A DNA stretch of 64,000 nt. Source: Haliotis rufescens (Eukaryota). Below, piece by piece: positions 52,400-64,000 of this stretch (position 1 is its first letter; each line of letters opens with the position of its first letter). Where the stretch lies: the NCBI RefSeq assembly GCF_023055435.1, contig NW_025963791.1, positions 31,434,001 to 31,498,000 of the forward strand, written 5' to 3'. The notes below the pieces were generated by a model that saw only the letters and a program-made list of their open reading frames with translations, was not told the DNA's origin and ran no database searches. Position numbers and translations under genes: made by a program.

Positions 52400-54684
52400 T
52401 CATACTAACATATACTCTCTCACATCCGTTTTTGTACACAGAAAGAAGAATCCGTATTTATCACAGAATACATCACACACGTCTTTTGACTTGAGAACAT
52501 CTCCAACTAACTCCCCCGACTCTGTCAGCTGAATCATTTCATTGGTGCTCCTGTCTACAAGCAGAATGTCTCTTTTGCTTGTAGTTGTGATGCCACGAGG
52601 CAAGCTGAGCGCTCTGTCTCCGGTAGGTGCGTATTTGAACACAACATCACCTTCTGTAGTTAGACATGTAACAGACTTCTTCCTCTCGTCAGACACGAGT
52701 ATGTTGCCCTTGCTGTTGACACACATGTAGTAGGGGAAGGTAAACAGGGTCTTGTTGCGTTTAGTGAGTGTCCTCAGCACATGCCCCGCCATGTCCAGGA
52801 TATCAACAACGCCGTATCCACCTGCTGCTAGGCAGGAAGGATTCAGAACAGCAAGACTGTAATACACCTTATTTGTTGTGAAGGACGAGAGCAGGGCCAG
52901 GTCAGGGGTCACTTTTACTGTTACAATCTGACGGGATCCAGGGACAGCCACCATCACCTGTGTCTCCTTCAACTGTGTTACACCACATGGAAGGTCACCC
53001 AGGGGAAGTTTACTATGACATCGCTGGTTGTTTGTTGTGTAGAAAGATTTTACACACTCATTCTTCATGTCGGTAACCACAGCAGTCTGTATACCGTCTA
53101 CAACCAGGACTGTGACGTCGTGTAGATCAGGCTCATTCTCATCACCCGCCATCCTCCCGTCTGTAATTCCAACTAGCACAGGCGACAGCAGACATTTCTT
53201 CTGATCCTGATATGTGACGTGAATCTTTCCCAGATGTAGGTTATCTATGATGTGCTGGACATGCTCAGCGTTTGATGTAAACCTGATGTTATCTATTCTC
53301 CGCGTGGCTGCTGTGTCTGTGTCCATGACATCTCCCAACTCTACAGCCCCCCACTCCCAGGCCTGATACGCGTCATACAGGTCCATCTCACAGTCCGACA
53401 CCAAGGCCTGGTCAATGAACTCACAGTGTTGTCTGTACATCTGCATTTCAATCTCTTCAAGCTTCACACCAGAGCGGAGTTGGCCGGCGTACGTCTGTGT
53501 AATGGTATTCAGTTCATCCAAGAGTTGTGTTTCTTTCTGTTTAATCTTGTTTATAGCTGTCTGACATATTGACCTAATATGTTGTACAGCTGACTCTTTA
53601 ACTCTAAAAATAGTCTTGAGTTTATTATTTTTCAGCTCTACTTTCTTCGACCTCACTTTCAGTCTCTTCCCCATGTCAAATCTCTTCTCCAGCAGTGCTG
53701 CCTCCATCTCTGGCTTCATAGAGTCAATGGTGACGACAGTTTTACAAGCTCTGTGGTAGGTGACATAACATGTCTGACAAGCAGCCTTCTGACAGTCTTT
53801 ACAGTGGAACTCTACATTGTTACTCTTGTGTTCTGTACACTTAACCCTCCGTTTGACCTTTGACCTAGATGACAGGTCACACAGGTCATGGTCCTGTGAC
53901 GTAGGACTCACCCGGTGTGTCTTTACACATCTGTCACAGAGGGCCACTTCACACTCAGGACACCACAAGGCACCTGGAGTTGTCTCCCCTATTTGCTGAC
54001 AGATCATGCAGCAGATGCTTGACGTCTCTGTGAACAGAAAAACGAACGTATTGTTTCTAAAACAAACCAATATGTGAACGCTAAGCATGTAAACAGTCTT
54101 TATTTGAAGTTCAATAACCTATCCAACTTGATGAACTATTTGAAGTTTCAATTTCTCATGAATAAATACCATATCATAAACACAGGTGATTAAATCAACT
54201 TAAATATTACAACTGGTTGTACCTTTATCTTGTTCACTTGGCTCACCTTCCACCAAATAATTCATCTAACTGGATTGACATTATTTCTGATTAATACGTT
54301 TTAAGATCTTTTTGTCATAGATTTATCTTTCGATGAACATGATTAACTGATCCATATGAATGTTACTTCTGGTTGAACTTAACCTGGTACATCACCCTCA
54401 GTCCCTATAGTGTCAATCAGCCCCTGTATAATGATGCTGGGTTTGATCTGCCCTGCCCACTCCTCCACTGGCCTGCTGGGGTGGGGGACCTTGGTATCTT
54501 GTCGACAGAAGGCACAGGGGATCGTGTTGGACTGTACAGCATCTGGTCTGGTTTGGATGTACTTGGTGACACATTTCCTGCAGAATGTGTGATCACACCT
54601 CAGTGTACAGGGGTCTGTGTACAGTTCCTGGCAGATCACACAGGTGAGGAATTCCATCACTTTCTCATTCTGGGATGTCGCCAT
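52400..54684 (-). CDS. TRIM-like gene A4, 642 aa; exons 54384-54684 and 52400-54027
   Basis: Same architecture and splice sites as A2; 1929-nt open spliced ORF. Confidence 0.88.
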
Positions 54685-56721
54685 CTGAAAAACCAGAATT
54701 GAAGGTCACATCAATCATTTTTCAAATTTTCAAAATATTATTTTTTCTGGTGGAGTTCGTAGGTCTCTGTAATGGGGCAATTTGTATTTTGCTTGGCCTC
54801 ATCTTGAAAATGTCTTGTTGAAAGCCACTTGGGACTTACCTTCCGCACCAAGCTGACATAACTGAAATACTGTTCAAAGTGGCACATATACAAGTTCACT
54901 CACGTGTTGAGTGCGTCATTAAATATGTTGTAGTATGTCCAGGTTCGACCACTCAAACCATCAGCAGCTACCATCGTAAGAGGGTTTATTCTTCATATAA
55001 AATCAACTGCATTATTTCATAAAAGTTGAAGAAATCCGTTTACTGTTTGGCACATCACATATAATTCCTTATTCCAAAAGTGACAGTGAGTATGTCGAGT
55101 GTCCACCAGGCAACCCAACAGCTGCTGGTATGACGAACATTGAGTCCAGAGGTCAGGGTACGATCACTCATTGTAAGAAACTGTTCAAATTGAGTCGCAC
55201 TTGTGACAAGCGTTGGTTACTTGAGATATATTTTCAGCCACAAGTGGAATAGTCTGTCAGTAAATCAGACTTTAATATTCTTTTCAAATCAACTTGAAGA
55301 TATAAATATGTGTCTTTATTGACCCTTCCATAGTACTATAGGAATACATATATTGATATAACGCCAAATAAGGCTTTTCCGAAACGTGGGTTTAGGTCTA
55401 TATATTTGTTTATCCTTGTATTTGAACTAAACCTTTCTCTCATTATAGTTGAAATCATTATCGTAATGACTTACTGACTCTGCTATAAGAACAAGCTTGT
55501 TGTTTCCGCACAATACAGGATTTACCTGCAGTGATGAATTAAAACTGAATATATGAATTATTGTGATATTGTGAGGTCAGGCTTAATTGATGCCAAATTA
55601 AACTCTTGCAGCTGTGACATTATCCACCTTATTTGAAATGCGCACGTGTTTCCTATAAAGGTTTAAAAACTACCAACTGTTAGTATAAATAAATAAATAA
55701 ATTATGTTAACACCAATCTTTCTTTTAAAGTAAATAGACACACATTACAAGGGAGGTAATTGAACGTTAGGATTCGAGACTAAGTCTGATATCTATCTTT
55801 ATTGTGTCCGTTTTACACATCAACAAATAACGTTGTTCACCAGAACGTCAGATATACATTAAATATAAAACAATAAAAGAAAATTACATCAATGTATTTT
55901 ACTTTGAGGCCAACAATTCCTACTTTCAGCTTCTCTTCGTTTGAAGCCTCGTGTGTTGACAAAACTAAAATTAGACTAATTTAAGAAACACATACCACAT
56001 GTAAGTTGACACTATCGGTGTTCTGAATATATACTAGTTCTTCATGTGCACTGTGTGAGATTTTATTGTATGTCCTGGATGCCTTGAAATAGCCAAATCC
56101 CGCCGAGGTACACACCTGTGCCAACCCCAACCTGTCCCTTCCGCATAACGTATAAGGGAGGCAACTGCGAAATCTTGACAAGTGGTCATTCAAAAGCGAT
56201 CAAAGCTGATGACAACGTTGGTTCCTGGATCGAATCTGGGATGATTCCCATAACAACGTGAGAGATCAGCATTTTTCTATATACACACACTAAATACGCT
56301 ATAAACAGTGTTTTTGTTATATGGTGAGATGTTATGCACCTTTGTGTTTGTACAAATATGTGTGAACCTGTATACATGCAGTGTCCTTTTTGTCAGTACA
56401 AGAAGTGATCTTGTACCGATTTCACAATTTAGTTCTGTGTTTACCTATCACTGCCTTATCCTCTGTGGTTTATTTGGAAATCAACTCGTGACAATATACC
56501 AGAGTGCAGCCTTTCTTAGAATTCCCCATTATACTGACTTTGTACCGCAACATTGTTTGGAACGTCTATGGCACTACTATTGAGTGATGATAACGTTAAT
56601 TACATTGTCAAGACCAACACTGAAAATTTCAGATCAAAATACAGGTCAATGCAAAGTACATGTTTTGTTCTTGCTTGTACACAGTCAGATGTATTCACAA
56701 AAGGATGTTCAGTATAATAAA

Positions 56722-59700
56722 GAGAAATGATGTTTCTCTCGGTTGAGTGCATTATGAATAGGAGAGAAACTGCTTTCTCCTTAGCTGTATGCAATGGCTA
56801 AGTATAAATAAGGGGCGTTGAAAGTAGCCCGTGTGCGAAATACGCATCAGTCGGAAAGCGCACGTTAAATCTCCAAAGTAAGTAAGTAAGTAACTCGTCT
56901 CTCTCGCTTGTCAGCACGACAGTAACAGTGAACATAAGTGTCAAGTTCTATTATATCTCAAGAAGATCCATCAACAGCGGGAAAACTTGACGCCATTTTG
57001 AAAAAAATGGACACTAATCAAAGCGATATTGAGAGTGCTGTGGAGGGGAAAAAAATCTCACCTAAGAGAAGAATGTATTCAGCAAGCCAAAGGTTTGAAG
57101 AAGTTTTAGACTGAAACAGAATGTTCTGGGTCAAGGGAAGGAAATCGAATTCAGTTCAATGTTAATTCGGAAGTTTTAGAAGAATTACTTAATACCAGAC
57201 AAGCCATTCAGAATGGGAATTATGATGATATGTCAAGGTGTGTGGAAGAAGCTATCGGGAAATTAGAGAAAACAAATAAGCTGATAAAAAATTGCAGATT
57301 CGTCGGAAGGCGGTTGGGAGAGCGTCAAACATTATGTTTCCAATGAGTTAGCAGATGATTCGGATGATGACAAGAATCAATCAAAAGCTGTCAGAAAACT
57401 TAAATTGAAACAAAATCGCAAGAACCCTTATGGATCTCGTGCTTCTCGCAGGTCGATCTCAGCACAGCACGTAAAATGTGCTCTACCCGCTTCTACTCCT
57501 GTGCATAGCGTTCCTATCATGCAGCCCTTTCGGGTCAAAGGTACACGACAAGGATCGTGCCATTTGTGCGGCGAGTTCAAAAACTCCCTACCGCACAGGC
57601 AGCACAACCAGGGCGACAACAGGTGTCAACGCCACAGTAACCAGTGCCTCTTAGGCAGGATACAGACTTGTCAGTTAAGTGTAGTTTATAATGTACATTC
57701 GGAAAACAATATGCTTGATGATTATGACATTGCCCTTACTAATGATTATTATGAATATGAACAGGGAACAGCAGAAATTATAGTGAAGGGTCGGTTAAAG
57801 TCTAGCATTCAATTCTGGTACAACGTCGGTGCGTCTCAATTCATAATTGATATTATAGACAATGGATATAAAAGTCTTTTTATTTCCAGGCCTTCAAAGA
57901 TGGAGTTAAGAAATAACAGGTCGGCGTTGAGACATGCAGAGTTTGTTAACCAAGCTATTTTAGAATTGCATAAGAAACAATTAATAAGTGAATGTGAGTC
58001 TCCACCGTACATCGTTAACCCTCTATCAGTGTCTATACAGTCGTCGGCGAAAAAGCGTTTGATTTTAGATCTGTCCAGAGTTAACAATTACGTTAGCAAA
58101 TAGTCAATCAAATATGAAGATTGGAAAACTGCACTTGAATATATTAATGTCAACGATTGGTTAATAAAATTTGACACATTCAGCATATCGTCATATAGAC
58201 ATATTTGAAGGTCATACTGAATTCCTAGGTTTTTCGTGGAAAAATGCTTCGGGTGTGAAGCAATATTTCAAGTTCGTAGTCTTACCTTTCGGGTTAACTT
58301 CAGCACCTTATGTGTTTACTAAGGTTACACGCCAGTTTGTCAAGAAATGGCATTCTGAAGGGAAGAAAGTGGTCACCTTTTTAGATGACAGTATTTTATC
58401 AGCTCAATCGGAACTTATTACACGTTCGTCTGGCGAGGCTATAAAAGAAGACTTGATCAAGTCTGGATTTGTACCCAAATGCGAAAAATCACTATGGTTA
58501 CCTTCGCAGTCTATTGAGTGGCTAGGTCATCACATGGATACAAACACCCTGTGTTTATCTGTTCCTCAGAGGAAGTTAGATAAGGCGATTGAAACGATTA
58601 CATTTATTTTAGTGAATATGCGCTCTTATCAACCAGTGTGGCGTGTTGCTGCGATTATCGGACAAATCATAACAATGAAACTAGTTATAGGAAATGTTGT
58701 ACAATCAATGACTAAGTTTTTCAGCATTGATGTTTTGACAGCGTCATCGTGAAGCATTGAACAGTTATAGTATTGGAGAGAAAACATTGCTCGTTTGTCG
58801 AGGACAGTACTGATAAGGACTACAGTTGTGAGTCGAGTTGTGTACAGTGACGCCAGTGATACCGGATATGGAGGGTATTGTGTTGAAATGGATGCTGCTT
58901 ATTCCCATGGTCAGTGGTCGGAGGAGGAGGCAAAAATAGTTCAACATGGAGAGAACTCAAGGCCGTTTTTCTCGTAGAATATCGTAGAATATTTTGGTGT
59001 AGCGACAATCAAAATGTGTTTACCATAGTGGATAAGGGTAGTATGAAACCGCAATTACAAAGAATAGTTATGGACTTTTTTTATTTGTGTTCAAGTCAAA
59101 AAGTTAATCTGAATATGCAGTGGATCCCGCGTTCAGAGAATGAGACCGCAGATATGTTGAGTAAAATTGTTGATTTCGCTTATTGGTCTATTTCGAATCA
59201 CATATTTAAGCATATAGATGCCAGATGGGGTCCTCACGATGTAGATAGATTTGCATCTTGGTACAGTGCTAATTTGCCATGTTTTAATTCCAGGTATTAT
59301 AACCCGGGATGTGCGGCTGTGGACTGTTTCACAGTCAGCTGGAAGGGTGTGGTAAATTGGGTTGTCCCCCCTTTTGGTATGGTACCAAGAACCTTAAGAC
59401 ATATGTCTGAATGTTGTGCTAAAGGCACCATTGTTGTGCCCGAATGACATTCCACATGCTTTTGGACGCTTATCACTCGCAATTCCTCGTTTATTCCACA
59501 GGTGATAGAACACATGTATTTGCCAAAAAGCTTATGTACCGTCTAGGATTGGAGGTGGATTGTTTGGAGAACAAGATTTGCTGTCTAATATGCTAGCTCT
59601 GCGTGTTGATTTTAGCATATGTTGAATGTGCAATTTCTGTTAACGGATGTGATAAGTTGCGCTTATGGAGAGGAGTTAAAGGCGTTACCTCCTGGTGTAA

Positions 59701-61290
59701 GGGGGTTGGCAGCAGGTTTGTATAGCAGATTCCACTGCTAGGAAATACAGATATGGTTTTGATGCGTTGAAACGGTTGGCACATTCTTGTTTAATGGCTA
59801 CGAGTTTACCGAATTCAACTTTGCACTGCGCATTATATTTGCCGTCTGTTGTTCAGCAGAGTGAATCGTTTGCCCCTGTGCTAACTGCATTTTATAGTAT
59901 TCGCCATGCTCATGTGATAGTAGGATTGCAAAGCCCGATTGAGAATGGTTTAGTAAATAATGTTTTAGAAGCGGCAAAAAGAAGATTGGCCAAATGTGTT
60001 AATAAAAAGGAGCCGATTTTTAGGAATTAGTTGATGTAACAATGCTTAATCCTACACTTTGTAATGTAAGGATTATGTGTATGTGCCTTGTAGCATATTC
60101 AGGATTCCTGAGATCTGCAGAACTATTACACATTAGACGATCTGACATTGTCTTTTATGAGAGTCATATAATGTTATTTATTGAACAATCAAAAACGGAC
60201 ATATAACATATACAGAGATGGTTCATGGCTTGTCATTGGTAGGACAAATTCAAAATTATGTCCCGTTACAAGTTTGGAAAAATACTTTGCCTTATCCGGA
60301 ATATTGACTCATTCTGATGAATATATCTTTAGAGAATTGTTTATAGAGGCTTTTACGCCATTTGTGTGCAACATCAAAAGTTATGGACTTAATAGCTTGC
60401 GTAGTGGTGGGGCGTCAGCAGCGGCAAACAACGGCGTACCAGATCGAATGTTTAAAAGACACGGACGTTGGAGAAGTGAAAATGCTAAGGACGGTTACAT
60501 TAAGGATCATCTTCAGAGACGATTGTCGTTTCCCTGTCTCTAGGGCTCTAGACTTTCTTTGAGTCTCTGCCCGTGTCGACACGACCGGGCCATTGTAAAT
60601 ATTGGTGTTATGTTGTATGTATATATGTCTGGGTATGTGGCATTGCATAGTATGGAGAGGAGAAATGATGTTTCTCTCGGTTGAGTGCATTATGAATAAG
60701 AAAGAAACTGCTTTCTCCTTAGCGGTATGCAATGGCTAAGGGAGGTAATTAGCCTGGGTATGTTACGGGTATAAATAAGGGGCGCTGAAAGTAGCTCGTC
60801 TCTCTCGCTTGTCAGCACGGCAGTAACACTGAACGTAAGTTTTTGTAATTCATTATTAAAATGTATGATTGAACAAAATATTTATGTATGTTTCTGTTTG
60901 CAGAATTCAATTCTGACGAGAAGGATTGTGCGATCAGAGAAGATGTGAAGTTTGGGAATTTTCATTGAGCAGTTCCGCCCCTGTCGGGTTGGTTTATATA
61001 CGTACCTAGACACCCCATTATGTGTCTAAGTTGGCTGACGAGTCGTCATAATACGTGAAAAAGTTATTTGTAATACGCTCATGGAATACATGATGTAAAT
61101 GTATATTCCGTTATGGATAGGGCTGACGAGTAATTATATATAATACGTGCAAGAATTATAGCCTAAATGTATAATCGGTGATGGAGTAGACTGGCGAGCC
61201 TTTTATAATACGAGTGTAATGAATGTATATTCCATTATGTAATTGGCGGAAGTCAGTATACCTTGCAAACATCCTCATTTTAAGTCATAA
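56722..61290 (+). mobile_element. Degraded tyrosine-recombinase retrotransposon (DIRS order, PAT/Ngaro-like direct repeats): gag, RT, RNase H, N6-adenine methyltransferase, YR
   Basis: gag-like ADSSEGGW (~57300); RT VLPFGLTSAPYVFTK and FLDD; RNase H YSDAS, STWRELKAV, WIPRSENETAD; MT DVDRFAS...NWVVPPF; YR GFLRSAEL, SLRSGGAS, KRHGRWRS..AKDGY; direct repeats 56722-56940 and 60660-60840. Confidence 0.9.
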
Positions 61291-62362
61291 AATGCATTCC
61301 CTGTGCATTATCCGTACGTTATCTCTATATTATTCGTACATTAACCACGACTTCACTCCCAAATACTCTTAAAACGAAGTCACTGTAATCGGAGCTTGTA
61401 CCAAACCTGCAGGTCCAGGATACCTTTTCGTGAACACCTGGTGTCACCACTGATTTTCAGTGATTCGTTCATGTAATTGTCTCCCTTATTTTCTCTTTTA
61501 CCCCCAATGAGGGTATATTCGGCATACAGTCGAGACTGATTGTTTCCTTGCGTTGGAGTTATATATAAAAAATAATTGTACTACCGTGTTTAAAGTAATT
61601 ACATTATGATAACAAATAGCTAGACAGATAACATAGTATAAAAGTGAATATTAGTCTTACCATGATCATTACGTTTAAACATGGAATAGAAGTATGTGCA
61701 CAACGCGGTGTCTCTTTGAATATGTACAGAATACACAAGCAGTGTTTGGGATATTGAATAACTTTGACAGGTTTAGGATTGTGTTGAAACCCTTAACGAT
61801 ATCAAAGTTTAAGACCCAGCTTGTCAACCTGATGCACAATGTTACCAATACTATGGGTCACTATTTTGCCTCTTACGCCCTGTGGAATCTGTTTCGGCAG
61901 ATAATCAAGACTATTCAAGAATTTTCTCTTGCATTGACATTTTGAATTTATTGGCTATAATATCACAACAGACCAACAAATGGCTTGACATCTGAACATT
62001 TTAAAATCGAAACATTGATTTAAACGGATTTAGAGCTTAAACCGGTCATGCATGTTCAACGATGTAAATAATTTATAGAACCTTCACTGGTTATCGAAAC
62101 CGTTGGAAATACGCCCAGCACACTATAAGCGGAGTGTGGAAGGTCCGGGGTTTGAACACCGGCCGCGTCATACCAAAATACATTAAAAGATGTTACTTGT
62201 TGTTACCCTGTCTGGCGCTCGGCATTAAGGGGCTAAAACAAGGACTGGTCGGCTCGGAGTCAGTATACTGTGTCTGAGTGGGGTATTCCTGTTAAACTGC
62301 GGCATGGTATCTCAGTGTGCTAGCACTATAAAGCGGCATCAGTCCGGACTAGTACAAGTAGC

Positions 62363-62393
<31 letters not shown>

Positions 62394-64000
62394 GCGTGCA
62401 TGCACGTCGCTATATAAGTGATATAATCTTGGACACGACGTTAAACCCAATTTCACCTCACCTCACCTCATTTGAGTCATGATTCTGCGCAGTCGATCTT
62501 CAATTCTGAATTCAATCAGTAAAGGAAACAACATTTCGTCCTTTCGGTATAGACCTGTTAAGTGTTTGGGTGAAGGAGTGACAAACTGTTCAAGTATGTA
62601 TTATCATATGTTAATTGTACACTGATAAGAATAAGAAACTTTCAGTTAACGAATGCAAACCAAACTTGATAAGAATTTCAAATAGACCAAGCCAAGCCTT
62701 TTTATACAGAACGCCCACACATGTCTCCTCACTGCCTTAGATGCACGCCCTTATGTTCTTCATTGTATACACGCCTTGAACTGCCTCCGTGGTCTAGTGG
62801 ATAGAGCATCTGCTTGGAGAGCGGAAGGTCGGAGTGAATATAATACGGTGGTGTCCATGTTAAACTGAGGCATGGTATCTCAGTGGGCTAGCACGATAAA
62901 ACCGACATAAATGTGGACTAGTTAAAGCAGCCACACACAGGACAATGCTCGTGGCTGTCTAGGTGAACAAACCTTGAACTAGACGTTAACCCCATTTCAC
63001 CCCACCGCCACATACACACAAGGGAATAAGATCGCTTCACTCATACTTGACACAATTTGACTTTCAGTCGAGAAGGAAAATATTTTTTAAGCATTACTGA
63101 GTGCTGTCACTAAACCAATGTCATGCGTGTGTTTGTCACCATTCATGTCACTGTTGTGCGATTACCGTCAGGTGTGGCAAAGGTGTATGGATGGAAGCAG
63201 CAGTACCAGAGACAGTTATACAATAACAACCAGTGACAGCTCTTTCAAGATGTTTTCTGACGGCATTGAATAATGATATATGATTAAAATAAGAAAACGG
63301 AAACGCCTAACGGCAATTACACAATCACCATATTGGAATGACAAAGGCTAAAAGGTTTACAAAATCTACCATTCTGTTACATGGTGTGTATGACGGCGCC
63401 TGTAACCATTCATTCAGTTGTTCCGGAAATAAACGAACTATTAGTACCACAGTAAAGCATGAACGTTGTGCCACTGTCTCCATCAGAACACAACGCGCCT
63501 CATTTGATAAATGAGACACACATACACAATTAAACCAAGTAAATGTTGAATAATTATACGAGGACAACAGGTAAACCTTGACGATTACTAAATATTTAAT
63601 GAAAAGAGTTAAAATGGTTTTTTTAGAAAATGAAACCTCTGAATAAACACTCAGAGAATATCAAATGGTTGGTACGAATATTTGTGTCCACTTTATTCAT
63701 CAAATATATCACTTTTTCACATATATGACGAAGTTAGGCACATACTACATATATGACAAAGCCAGGTAAATACTACACAGATAGGGAATATAGATAGTAG
63801 ACAGAAAATGGATACAGGTAAATACTACAAAGATGATGAATACAGGTAACTACTACATAGATGATAAACACAGGTAAATAACATACAGATAATGAAGCCA
63901 GGCAAACAATTTGCGACTTGCGTGCATGGACATAGTATAAAACCAATAATTATCAATGACGTGATTATTACGTATAACGACCTCGCAGCCCATTATGACG
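61291..64000. repeat. Continuation of duplication unit 4 (homologous to ~19610-22464)
   Basis: Collinear match including both SINE family 3 copies and the minisatellite. Confidence 0.9.

Noticed and set aside
59180-60543. Bacterial or phage methyltransferase/integrase (HGT or contamination)
   Set aside because: Collinear with gag, RT and RNase H in the standard DIRS-order layout and embedded in host duplicated DNA

Overview
Eukaryotic, intron-containing, AT-rich and repeat-rich animal DNA. The SINE families with (ACTC)n/(CACCT)n tails suggest a mollusc, probably a gastropod such as abalone (inference). The left end holds the first two coding exons of a GH31 lysosomal alpha-glucosidase-like gene (minus strand) with an apparent GC-AG intron and a pair of CLEAR/M-box motifs upstream. 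Most of the window (about 7.2-64 kb) is a tandem segmental duplication with a ~15.5 kb core unit. Each unit carries a pair of minus-strand TRIM-like genes with two coding exons: type A (RING-Bbox1-Bbox2-coiled coil-NHL-like propeller) and type B (RING-Bbox1-propeller, no Bbox2 or coiled coil). The order is A1 (1-bp frameshift), B1 (intact), A2 (intact), B2 (pseudogene), A3 (pseudogene), A4 (intact), with another B predicted just past the window end. Amino-acid differences among paralogues cluster in propeller loops, paralogues look mosaic, and ISRE/IRF-like motifs lie near the A genes, which fits a rapidly evolving innate-immune locus (inference). Decayed mobile elements are abundant: a tyrosine-recombinase (DIRS-order) retrotransposon with direct repeats and an adenine-methyltransferase domain, mariner, Tc1, LINE, Penelope, Helentron-like elements, MITEs and three SINE families.
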